DNA from: a virus
Direction: 5' to 3' (one strand)
Virus record (IMG/VR): IMGVR_UViG_3300027708_000032
Span: 1-64,000 of that record
Length of the DNA: 64,000 nucleotides
The notes under the pieces are model-generated. The model was given only the letters and a program-made list of their open reading frames with translations. It made no database searches and had not been told where the DNA came from. The position numbers and the translations under genes are program-made. Below, piece by piece: positions 56,140 through 64,000 of this stretch. How positions within the stretch are numbered: position 1 is the stretch's first letter; each line of letters starts with the position of its first letter.

Positions 56140-56326
56140 TACCATGATTGGTAAAAAACTTATAGAAGGTACAATACCAGATATAGCACATCAGCTTAAA
56201 AGAATAGCTGATATTTTAGAAAGTAAACAGCAAGACCAAGTGACATCAGCTTTTAAAGCTTATGTAAACAGTGGTGCATCAGATTCAGAAATTGTAAAAC
56301 AACTTAGAGAAATATGGCAGAAGTAA
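56120..56326 (+). CDS. hypothetical protein
   Basis: ORF track. Confidence 0.55.
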   Translation: MTPQLHDTMIGKKLIEGTIPDIAHQLKRIADILESKQQDQVTSAFKAYVNSGASDSEIVKQLREIWQK

Positions 56327-56466
56327 CAAACGGAAAGGATCTAAATGATCCTATCAACATTCAACATCTTATAGAATTTTTAGAGTATGAAGAGGCTCTA
56401 ACTAAAGACAAAGAAACAGCAACAAGAATTAGAATACTTTTAAAACTATTAGGTGTATGGAACTAG
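56314..56466 (+). CDS. small hypothetical protein, 50 aa
   Basis: Manual translation MAEVTNGKDLNDPINIQHLIEFLEYEE...LLGVWN fills the gap. Confidence 0.5.
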   Translation: MAEVTNGKDLNDPINIQHLIEFLEYEEALTKDKETATRIRILLKLLGVWN

Positions 56467-57485
56467 AAGATTTAATGAATGATTCTATAGAAAATTTAGA
56501 GAAAGAGTTTTACAGTAAGAGGTTTGAGTTTTCATATAGTAGCCTTAACAAGCTTATGTGGAACCCAGCAGTATTTCACCAGCTATATGTACTGGGATTA
56601 AAAGAAGAGAAGACAGATGCTCATCTTGTAAATGGTAAGATTATTCATGGATTATTGTTAGAACCTGAAAAGTTTTTAGATAATTTTATTGTTAGTCCTA
56701 GTAACTTACCAACAGGTAACACACGCACTGTCATAGACAGAGTGTATAGTCATCATGTAGAGCTTGCTAAGAATGGAGATGAGAGAGAAAATCTTGTAGA
56801 ATTTGCTAAAGCTATACTAGATATTCTTAAAGATATGAACCTTCATCAAAGTTTAAAAACAGATGAACAAAGATTAGATAAAATATTTACACCAGAGGCT
56901 GTAAACTATTGGCATTTTCTTAGAGCTAAAGGAGATAAGAATCTTATAGATGAAGAAACATATAACTATTGTGGTAGTGCTGTAGAAATTATTAGGAGTA
57001 ATAAAGATGTATGCAAGCTTATTGGTTGTGATGTAAATGAGTTTGAAAACAAGGAAGTTCTTAATGAGATAAAACTAAGTTGTAATGTGAACATGAAACC
57101 ATTTGGTCTTAAGGGTATTGTTGATAATTTAGTTATAGACCATGACCAAAAAATTGTGTATATTAATGATGTAAAGACTACTAGCAAAGACTTAAAAGAT
57201 TTTCCTGAAACTGTAGAGTTTTATTCTTATTGGATGCAAGCAGCTGTATATGCAAGCTTAGTTGTTTCTAACTATGCACATCTGATAGATGCAGGTTATA
57301 ATGTTAAGTTTAACTTTGTAGTGATAGATAAAATGTATAATGTTTATCCTTTTCCAGTTAGCCAAAGCACACTAATGACTTGGTTATCTAGATTGGAACA
57401 TGTTTTAGATAAAGCAGCATGGCATTATACTAATAATAATTTTAATCTACCATACGAATTTGCTCAGGGTCTTGTATCATTATAA
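56457..57485 (+). CDS. PD-(D/E)XK exonuclease (RecE/ExoVIII-like)
   Basis: SYSSL, GKIIH..LLEP, LKGIVDNL..INDVKTT, YWMQAAVY. Confidence 0.8.
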   Translation: MELEDLMNDSIENLEKEFYSKRFEFSYSSLNKLMWNPAVFHQLYVLGLKEEKTDAHLVNGKIIHGLLLEPEKFLDNFIVSPSNLPTGNTRTVIDRVYSHHVELAKNGDERENLVEFAKAILDILKDMNLHQSLKTDEQRLDKIFTPEAVNYWHFLRAKGDKNLIDEETYNYCGSAVEIIRSNKDVCKLIGCDVNEFENKEVLNEIKLSCNVNMKPFGLKGIVDNLVIDHDQKIVYINDVKTTSKDLKDFPETVEFYSYWMQAAVYASLVVSNYAHLIDAGYNVKFNFVVIDKMYNVYPFPVSQSTLMTWLSRLEHVLDKAAWHYTNNNFNLPYEFAQGLVSL

Positions 57486-57504
57486 CCCTTAAACCTTTAT
57501 AGAA

Positions 57505-58065
57505 ATGATAGACAAACTGTACAATAAATACTTTCAGAAATCAAAGTCATTTCTATATCCTACATTAGGTATAAAACGTAATAGCTACGCTTCTCCTCTG
57601 AACACCTACCTGTCTTTAGAAGGGCAGGTGGGTGCTCATGAGTGCAAGCTAATATGTTTATTCAAAAAAGATGCCTCAGATAGATACAAAGAGTTTGAAC
57701 AGAACATGCTTATCAGTAGTCCACTCTATCTAGAAAAGATAGAAACAGATGATGCTAACCTGTACGTGTTCAGTCTTGAGATATATGAGTCTGACTTTTT
57801 TAATGTTATACTTGGAAAGTATTCCAAACTATCTAATGTATTGAAGAAAGCCATAAGAGAACACTTTGGAGAAAGATCTAAAGAATATTCTTACATAGAA
57901 ACCTTTCTATATCCTGATAAGTTTTATCCAGTGTATGCTAAACTGTTAGATATAGATATAAATATCTTAGAAAAAACAAAAGAACTCTGTGATGCTGCAG
58001 ATTTAGAGCAAGAAACTTTAAAATTACCTAAAGAAAATTTGGAAGTTATGACAAAAACTTTATAA
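57505..58065 (+). CDS. conserved hypothetical protein
   Basis: ORF track; FLYPTLG, GKYSK. Confidence 0.65.
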   Translation: MIDKLYNKYFQKSKSFLYPTLGIKRNSYASPLNTYLSLEGQVGAHECKLICLFKKDASDRYKEFEQNMLISSPLYLEKIETDDANLYVFSLEIYESDFFNVILGKYSKLSNVLKKAIREHFGERSKEYSYIETFLYPDKFYPVYAKLLDIDINILEKTKELCDAADLEQETLKLPKENLEVMTKTL

Positions 58066-58087
58066 ATTTGAAAAATAAAACCAACGT

Positions 58088-58507
58088 ATGAATAAAACAA
58101 TGATGTTAATTACCTCTACCTGGGGTAGTAATGCTCAGAAAACATTTAAGCTTATCCCTGTTACAGATGATTGTCCTTATAATGAAGGTATCTATGATGC
58201 AGATAGTAAAGTGTTAGCTCTTATTTCTAAAGAAAAGAAAGAGAGTATGCACATGTTACCTAAGCTTAATGAATGGGGTGATCTTACACCAATGAAAATT
58301 GGAAAGAGACCTAACGGAAAAGATTATGCTGAAGAGCGTAAAACATTAGAAACATTCTATGAGTATTATGTAGAGAATGTAGAAGAAGTTAAATACTTAC
58401 TAACTAGTCTCGCTATAAATTCAGATAGTTTTGATTACTCTGTGTACTTAGATGGTGCTCCAAAGAGCAAGATAGAAGCTGCACCAAGTTTAATTCAGAC
58501 TATCTAG
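58088..58507 (+). CDS. conserved hypothetical protein
   Basis: ORF track; TAAATTTG upstream. Confidence 0.65.
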   Translation: MNKTMMLITSTWGSNAQKTFKLIPVTDDCPYNEGIYDADSKVLALISKEKKESMHMLPKLNEWGDLTPMKIGKRPNGKDYAEERKTLETFYEYYVENVEEVKYLLTSLAINSDSFDYSVYLDGAPKSKIEAAPSLIQTI

Positions 58508-58527
58508 TCCTATTTTAAAACCAACAC

Positions 58528-58558
58528 AAGGGAGTGTATTTCTACACTTCCTTTTTTT
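58528..58558 (+). terminator. intrinsic terminator
   Basis: AAGGGAGTGTA-TTTC-TACACTTCCTT plus T-tract. Confidence 0.75.
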
Positions 58559-58596
58559 ATCTCAAAGGGGGAACAGCTTAACTGAACATATACAAA

Positions 58597-60534
58597 ATGG
58601 CACAAGAAAGAGTACATTGGATCATGGATTATGAAACCATCTGCAACTGTTTCATAGGTGTATTCCAACATTACAAAGATCCTACAGTAAGAAAGCTGTT
58701 CGTTGTTTGCGAACAGAGAAATGACCTACCTGAGTTTATAAAGTTTCTAAAATCTAATATTAAGAACAACGAGTGGCATATATCCTTTAATGGACTAAAC
58801 TTTGACGCTCAGATTACTAATAAGATATTAGATGAACAAAAGAAACTTCTAGCTATGGACACTGCATCTGTAGTTAGGTTTATATATCATTATGCACAGA
58901 GTGTAATAGAAAAGTCTAGTAGAGGTACATTCTTAGACTATCCTCCCTTTAAAATGAAGATTAAACAGATAGATCTGTTTAAGCTAAACCACTGGGATAA
59001 TAAAGCTAAGATGTCTAGTCTAAAGTGGATACAATATTCCATGGACTGGCAGAACGTAGAGGAGATGCCTCACAGACATGACCAACCCGTGACAGATGAT
59101 CACACTTTGAACTCTGTTATAGAGTATTGTATTAATGATGTACTATCTACTAAAGAGGTGTTATATCATTCTAAAGAACAGATTAATCTTAGACAGACTC
59201 TTAGTACAGAGTATGGTATAGATTTATATTCTGCTTCAGAGCCACGTATATCCAAAGAACTCTTTCTGCATTTCTTACAGCAACGTCTAGGCTGGGATAA
59301 AGCTGAGATCAAAACTCTGCGTACACCTAGAGACTATATAGTGTTAGCTGATTGTATCCTACCCTATATATCTTTTGAAACTCCTGAGTTTAAAAGTGTA
59401 CTAGATTATTTCCGTACCAAGGTGATTACATCTACCAAGGATGGTTTTAAGCATAGTGTTAATCTTAAAGGAGTGAAGGTTGATTATGGGCTAGGTGGTA
59501 TACATGGTGCAGCACCTGCAGGAGTTTATGAAGCTAAACCAGGATGGACAATAATGACGTCTGACGTTGTTAGTTACTATCCTAATCTAGCTATTAAAAA
59601 TAAATTTCATCCTGAACATCTACCTAAAGACCAGTTCTGTAATTTGTATGAGTGGATCTTTGAAGAGAGAAAGAAGATACCTAAGACAGATCCTAAGAAC
59701 TATGTGTACAAGATTATTCTAAACTCTACCTACGGCTTAACAGGTGACGAGAATAGCTTTCTATATGATCCTAAAATGACTATGCAGATTACTATAAACG
59801 GTCAGCTACTATTATCAAAACTTGCAGAAATGTTAAGTTTGGCTATTCCAGAATGCCAGCCTCTTATGTTTAATACAGATGGTTTGGAAATGATGATACC
59901 CAATGATAAGATAGCCACCTATCATAGTATATGTAGTGTATGGGAACTTATGACACAGCTTTCTCTTGAGCATGATGAGTATGGTAAGATGGTTATTAGA
60001 GATGTAAACAACTACATGGCTGTTAGTAAAGAAGCTAAGGTTAAATGTAAAGGTGCTTTTGAGTGGGAAGATCTGTCTAAGAAAAAGGTAGCAACGTTCC
60101 ACAAAAATAAAAGCTTCTTGATTATACCAAAAGCTATCTATGCATTCTTTGTGCACGGAACCAAGCCAGAAGATTTCTTAGATCAGAATCAGAATATATA
60201 TGACTACTGTGGTGCTGTTAAAGCTAAAGCTGGTTGGCATTTTGAACAGAGATATGTAAAAGATGGCATAGTAGTTAATGATAAACTACAGAAGATTGTT
60301 AGATATTATATATCTAATGAAGGTGGTAAGATGGTTAAACGTCATCAAGATGGTCGTGAGATCCAGGTAGAATCTGGTGAGTGGTTACAAACCACAATGA
60401 ATAAGTTAGATCCTTCTATAGCATATGATAAATATGATATAGACAAGAAGTATTACTTAGAAGAGATCTATAAACAAATAGAGGGTATACAGGTTGTAAG
60501 TCAGAAGAGTATGACGCAGCTTTCCCTATTTTAA
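58597..60534 (+). CDS. polB: family B DNA polymerase
   Basis: Exo MDYET, FNGLNFD, YCINDV; Pol SDVVSYYPN, KIILNSTYG, NTDG. Confidence 0.92.
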   Translation: MAQERVHWIMDYETICNCFIGVFQHYKDPTVRKLFVVCEQRNDLPEFIKFLKSNIKNNEWHISFNGLNFDAQITNKILDEQKKLLAMDTASVVRFIYHYAQSVIEKSSRGTFLDYPPFKMKIKQIDLFKLNHWDNKAKMSSLKWIQYSMDWQNVEEMPHRHDQPVTDDHTLNSVIEYCINDVLSTKEVLYHSKEQINLRQTLSTEYGIDLYSASEPRISKELFLHFLQQRLGWDKAEIKTLRTPRDYIVLADCILPYISFETPEFKSVLDYFRTKVITSTKDGFKHSVNLKGVKVDYGLGGIHGAAPAGVYEAKPGWTIMTSDVVSYYPNLAIKNKFHPEHLPKDQFCNLYEWIFEERKKIPKTDPKNYVYKIILNSTYGLTGDENSFLYDPKMTMQITINGQLLLSKLAEMLSLAIPECQPLMFNTDGLEMMIPNDKIATYHSICSVWELMTQLSLEHDEYGKMVIRDVNNYMAVSKEAKVKCKGAFEWEDLSKKKVATFHKNKSFLIIPKAIYAFFVHGTKPEDFLDQNQNIYDYCGAVKAKAGWHFEQRYVKDGIVVNDKLQKIVRYYISNEGGKMVKRHQDGREIQVESGEWLQTTMNKLDPSIAYDKYDIDKKYYLEEIYKQIEGIQVVSQKSMTQLSLF

Positions 60535-60563
60535 CAATTAAAAAAGTGTAAAATAAACCAATT

Positions 60564-61433
60564 ATGCCAAGTAAAGTACCGTTCTACGCAGAACAAGAAG
60601 TAAGATTAGCTGCTCTTCCCAATCATGGGGGAAGATATGCCGTGGTAAGCCATGGTGATGTTATAGACAATGCAAAGAACCAGATATTAGGTGCTGGTTT
60701 CACCATTAAGAAAGAAGAATATAGAATGAGTAATGATGGAAATATTGCTCAGGGTGTTTATCATTTAGACTATGCAAATGATCCCGACATGGGAATGATG
60801 TTTGCGTGGAGTAATAGTTACAATAAAACCATGAGATTTAAGTGTGCTGTTGGTGCATATGTATTCATATGTGGTAACGGTGTAGTTAGAGGAGACATGG
60901 GCAGCTATTCTAGAAAGCATTCTGGTACAGCATTACAAGATGTTATATCTGAGATTAATCATCAGATAGCTCATGCTAAAGAACACTATGATATACTACT
61001 TGGTGATAAGCAGATGCTTAAGAATGTTACTCTCACTCCTAGACTTAAGGGTAAGATATTAGGTGAGCTGTTTGCGTATGATGAGATACTTACGCTCACT
61101 CAAGTGGGTATAGTAAAACGTGAAATGGATAAACCATCTCATACGTATAACGCAGATGTTCATTCAGCATGGACTATGTACAACCATATCACTCTTGCTC
61201 TAAAAGAATCTCATCCTAGTACTTTCATGAAAGATCATCAGAGAGTACATGGATACTTTGTAGATGCTTTTGGTCAGCTACATACACCTCCTCAAATAGA
61301 TGGAGGTGTAGATCCTGAAGAAGAAGATGAAATCTACACTGTAGAACCAGTTAGTCCAGCAGGAGGAGCTGACTTTGACATAGACAAAGCAGATGCTATG
61401 AGCCAGTCGTTGTATGGTGTAAACTTTTTATAA
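60564..61433 (+). CDS. DUF932/DUF945-like protein
   Basis: YAVVSH...NSYNKT...GAYVFICGNG...RKHSG...WTMYNHIT. Confidence 0.7.
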   Translation: MPSKVPFYAEQEVRLAALPNHGGRYAVVSHGDVIDNAKNQILGAGFTIKKEEYRMSNDGNIAQGVYHLDYANDPDMGMMFAWSNSYNKTMRFKCAVGAYVFICGNGVVRGDMGSYSRKHSGTALQDVISEINHQIAHAKEHYDILLGDKQMLKNVTLTPRLKGKILGELFAYDEILTLTQVGIVKREMDKPSHTYNADVHSAWTMYNHITLALKESHPSTFMKDHQRVHGYFVDAFGQLHTPPQIDGGVDPEEEDEIYTVEPVSPAGGADFDIDKADAMSQSLYGVNFL

Positions 61434-61445
61434 CCCAAGAAAGCA

Positions 61446-61480
61446 GGAGGTGGCTACATATTGTAGTCATCTCCATTTTT
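61446..61480 (+). terminator. intrinsic terminator
   Basis: GGAGGTGGCTACA-TAT-TGTAGTCATCTCC-ATTTTT. Confidence 0.7.
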
Positions 61481-61567
61481 ATGTTATGTACCAAAGAAAA
61501 AATACATTAAGAGGTTGGCTACACCATATATGGTTAGCTATTTTATCACTCACTAAAAAAACTCCTT

Positions 61568-62221
61568 ATGATAATAGGCGTTAGCGGCTACTCTGGTTCT
61601 GGCAAAGATACAGTCGGAACTATTATACAGTATTTAAAATGTTCTAATCCACAGTCATCTATAGAACAGATGTGTGCTGACTATTCAGAATATGAATACT
61701 GGTTAGACGAACAATCTGGATGGGAGATTAGAAAGTTTGCAGGTAAGCTTAAAGACATAGCCTCTCATCTAACAGGTATAGACATAGAAGATTTTGAAGA
61801 CCAAGAGTTTAAGAAAACTAACTTAGGTCCTGAGTGGTGGACCATATGTGACGAAGGTCATCAGCCAATGACTGTAAGAGACTTCTTACAGAAACTTGGT
61901 ACAGATGCATTACGTATAGGCCTACATGATAATGTGTGGGTGAACGCTCTTATGTCTGATTATGTAAATGATGATCAAACTGGTGAGCTACCCAACTGGA
62001 TTATTACAGATGTTAGATTTCCTAATGAAGCTCAAGCTATCAAAGACAAGGGTGGAATTATGATCCGTATAGACAGACCAGGAGTATCACCTATTAATGA
62101 TCATCCTAGTGAGACAGGCTTAGATGGTTGGAAGTTTGATTATAGAATAGCCAACGTATCTGATATATACACTCTTAAAGAAACTATAAGAGGAATTTTA
62201 AAGCATGCTAAAATAATATAA
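61568..62221 (+). CDS. deoxynucleoside monophosphate kinase
   Basis: GYSGSGKDT, FAGKLKD, RDFLQKLGT, ITDVRFPNE, HPSE. Confidence 0.9.
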   Translation: MIIGVSGYSGSGKDTVGTIIQYLKCSNPQSSIEQMCADYSEYEYWLDEQSGWEIRKFAGKLKDIASHLTGIDIEDFEDQEFKKTNLGPEWWTICDEGHQPMTVRDFLQKLGTDALRIGLHDNVWVNALMSDYVNDDQTGELPNWIITDVRFPNEAQAIKDKGGIMIRIDRPGVSPINDHPSETGLDGWKFDYRIANVSDIYTLKETIRGILKHAKII

Positions 62222-62403
62222 TGAAAAATAAATTCTCAGTAGAGTTTTTTCCTAAACAGTATACTGTAATAGGACTAGTTTATGATGAAGGAGAAGCAGA
62301 AAATTTAAATACGGGAAAAGTTTTTCCCGTTTACAAAATAAGTCTAGGACTATTAATAGTACTATTTGAATTTGTATTTAGTTTTGAAAAAGGAGAGAAA
62401 TAA
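62221..62403 (+). CDS. hypothetical protein
   Basis: ORF track. Confidence 0.5.
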   Translation: MKNKFSVEFFPKQYTVIGLVYDEGEAENLNTGKVFPVYKISLGLLIVLFEFVFSFEKGEK

Positions 62404-62416
62404 TCTCTCCTTTTTT
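62387..62416. terminator. bidirectional terminator at a convergent junction
   Basis: AAAAAGGAGAGA-AATAA-TCTCTCCTTTTTT. Confidence 0.75.
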
Positions 62417-62417
62417 A

Positions 62418-64000
62418 TTAGTATTTTATGTCAAAAGACTTTCTAAAGTCATCATTAATAAAAGCATAGTTACTCTGTAGTTCTTTGGTGATAGGTAAAA
62501 TCTTATTAAGATATTTTAACGGATGGTTCTTCTTCATCTGCTCTTCATCATCTCTTAAGAAACCTACACCTTGTCCTATAGTATTACCAATTAAGTCTTC
62601 AGTATCTGTTAGAAGACCTATAAGAGGAACTGGACTCTTTATCATAGATGTAAACTCTCCAGGACTATAATAAAAAGCAAACTCATTCTTATATTTTCTA
62701 AGAGCTTTAGCTATCCATTTTCTAGCTCCTGATTTATCTTCATCATCATCTCCACCACCTGCAGCCCAGAATACTAAGCTAGCAAACCCTAACCACATAA
62801 TAAGTTCTCTCATCATAGATCTTAGATTACCAACATACATATCTATGAACTCAGCTTCTGTCATAAACTCAGAGTCATCATTAATTTTTCCTTCTTCTTT
62901 AAGTCTGACAATAAACTCTCTGTAACGTTCTTTAGCTTTATCTATAGTATTTGTTCCAAAACCTGTAGTAAGTTCTCCGATAAGAGGAAGAATGTTTTTA
63001 TTAGCCAAATGCTTAAAGAACAATCTAGCTTTACCGTACTGCCATGATTCCATGTCCATATCATATGTCATGTCTCCAAAACGTTCTGCCATCATCTGAG
63101 GCATCCATGAACGAAACTGCATCATGATACTACCAGCTAGACTCATTCTTACTTGGTTAATATCTTGACGACTAGCATTACCTATAATTTGCTTTATAGT
63201 CTTTTGTACAGCTCCTCTAAATGCTGTAGTGTTTTCTATGTTATCAGTCATGCCAGGAATAACAAGCTTTCCATTTTCTATTTTAGCTGTAGCTTTTAAA
63301 GACTTATTATCCATTAAGTCTTGTACTTCAGCTTCCATCTTAGCTCTTAAAGTTTTTTGTTCAGATATAGGTAGATTATAAAAGTTGTCATAGTTGTTCT
63401 TAGATTTTACATAGTTACGGATGTTTACAACTTTACCATCTTCTCCTATCATATATGTTCTAAGCATTGTAGCAGATACTGGAAGAGTTGCCCACTTATC
63501 ACCTGTTCTCTGTATAAACATTAAATGGTCACTAGTAGCATGTTTCATTACACCTTCTACAGATAACTCTCTTAACTTTTTATTAGTTTCGTCTTCTACA
63601 CTAAGTCCAAACTGATATATGGCAGCTAATGTTACTTCATCTTTAGATGTATAATCTTTTACACCCTGCACCCACTCACCTTCTGTAAACACTAAACGTT
63701 TACTACCTATAAAGAAAGCATTGGCTGTACCACCTACAAACGTAGCTGTACCACTCAATACGTTTAGACCAAGGGTTTTCATAGCCATATACCTTAAAGC
63801 TTTTCTAACTCCTTTTACAGCAGAGTATTCTTCACCATTAATTTGTATAGCTTTATCTATATTAGATGATGTTTCTCTACCGTATAAATAGTAGTTAATA
63901 TGGTTTTCTAAAACCTCAGCATTAGTTTCATTTTTATTTATTTTTTTCTCTTTATTTATTTTACCAAACTGGTTTTCAGCATAGCTTTGTTTATCATTTT
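62418..64000 (-). CDS. C-terminal part of a large protein (crAss-like giant virion/ejection protein)
   Basis: Frame stays open to the window end (true start lies outside); MQFRSWMP motif and C-terminal hydrophobic helix typical of large ejected proteins. Confidence 0.6.
   Translation of the reverse strand, partial: NDKQSYAENQFGKINKEKKINKNETNAEVLENHINYYLYGRETSSNIDKAIQINGEEYSAVKGVRKALRYMAMKTLGLNVLSGTATFVGGTANAFFIGSKRLVFTEGEWVQGVKDYTSKDEVTLAAIYQFGLSVEDETNKKLRELSVEGVMKHATSDHLMFIQRTGDKWATLPVSATMLRTYMIGEDGKVVNIRNYVKSKNNYDNFYNLPISEQKTLRAKMEAEVQDLMDNKSLKATAKIENGKLVIPGMTDNIENTTAFRGAVQKTIKQIIGNASRQDINQVRMSLAGSIMMQFRSWMPQMMAERFGDMTYDMDMESWQYGKARLFFKHLANKNILPLIGELTTGFGTNTIDKAKERYREFIVRLKEEGKINDDSEFMTEAEFIDMYVGNLRSMMRELIMWLGFASLVFWAAGGGDDDEDKSGARKWIAKALRKYKNEFAFYYSPGEFTSMIKSPVPLIGLLTDTEDLIGNTIGQGVGFLRDDEEQMKKNHPLKYLNKILPITKELQSNYAFINDDFRKSFDIKY

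Noticed and set aside
56457-57485. CRISPR-associated Cas4
   Set aside because: Lacks the four-Cys Fe-S cluster pattern; sits in the replication block like a RecE-type exonuclease
1-64000. Stop-codon reassignment (TAG or TGA) as in some crAss-like phages
   Set aside because: Core genes (TerL, portal, MCP, PolB, primase) are full length in code 11, and TAG/TGA end genes at sensible boundaries
63788-64000. Start codon at 63788 for the last gene
   Set aside because: The frame is open to the window edge, so this is an internal Met of a larger protein

Overview
A 64-kb segment of an AT-rich crAss-like (Crassvirales-type) phage, probably of an environmental Bacteroidota host (inferred from TAnnTTTG promoters, SD-less A-rich leaders, DUF4846 and T9SS-type genes). 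The genetic code is standard. Layout: (1) 1-17.4 kb, minus strand: head/packaging block with TerL, portal, MCP, PhoH, HU/IHF-like, a glycosyltransferase, many tiny Lys-rich ORFs and an LCIB-type carbonic anhydrase. (2) 17.5-42.1 kb, plus strand: early/middle block of small genes with several structured intergenic RNAs, a degenerate tRNA, SF2 helicase, UDG and MoxR/VWA. (3) 42.2-50.3 kb, minus strand: lysis block carrying secreted host-surface proteins, including a T9SS cargo. (4) 50.5-62.4 kb, plus strand: replication block (DnaA-CTD, DnaB, AAA ATPase, primase, nucleases, PolB, dNMP kinase). (5) The 3' end of a large minus-strand gene. Most striking: four candidate structured ncRNAs (one with four predicted long-range pairings from a single loop), a linker-less tRNA-like four-way junction downstream of MCP, a carbonic anhydrase fused to a possible virion-anchor domain, arrays of 27-30-bp dyad elements, and a candidate late-promoter motif. 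All family calls come from motif recognition by eye; no searches were run.
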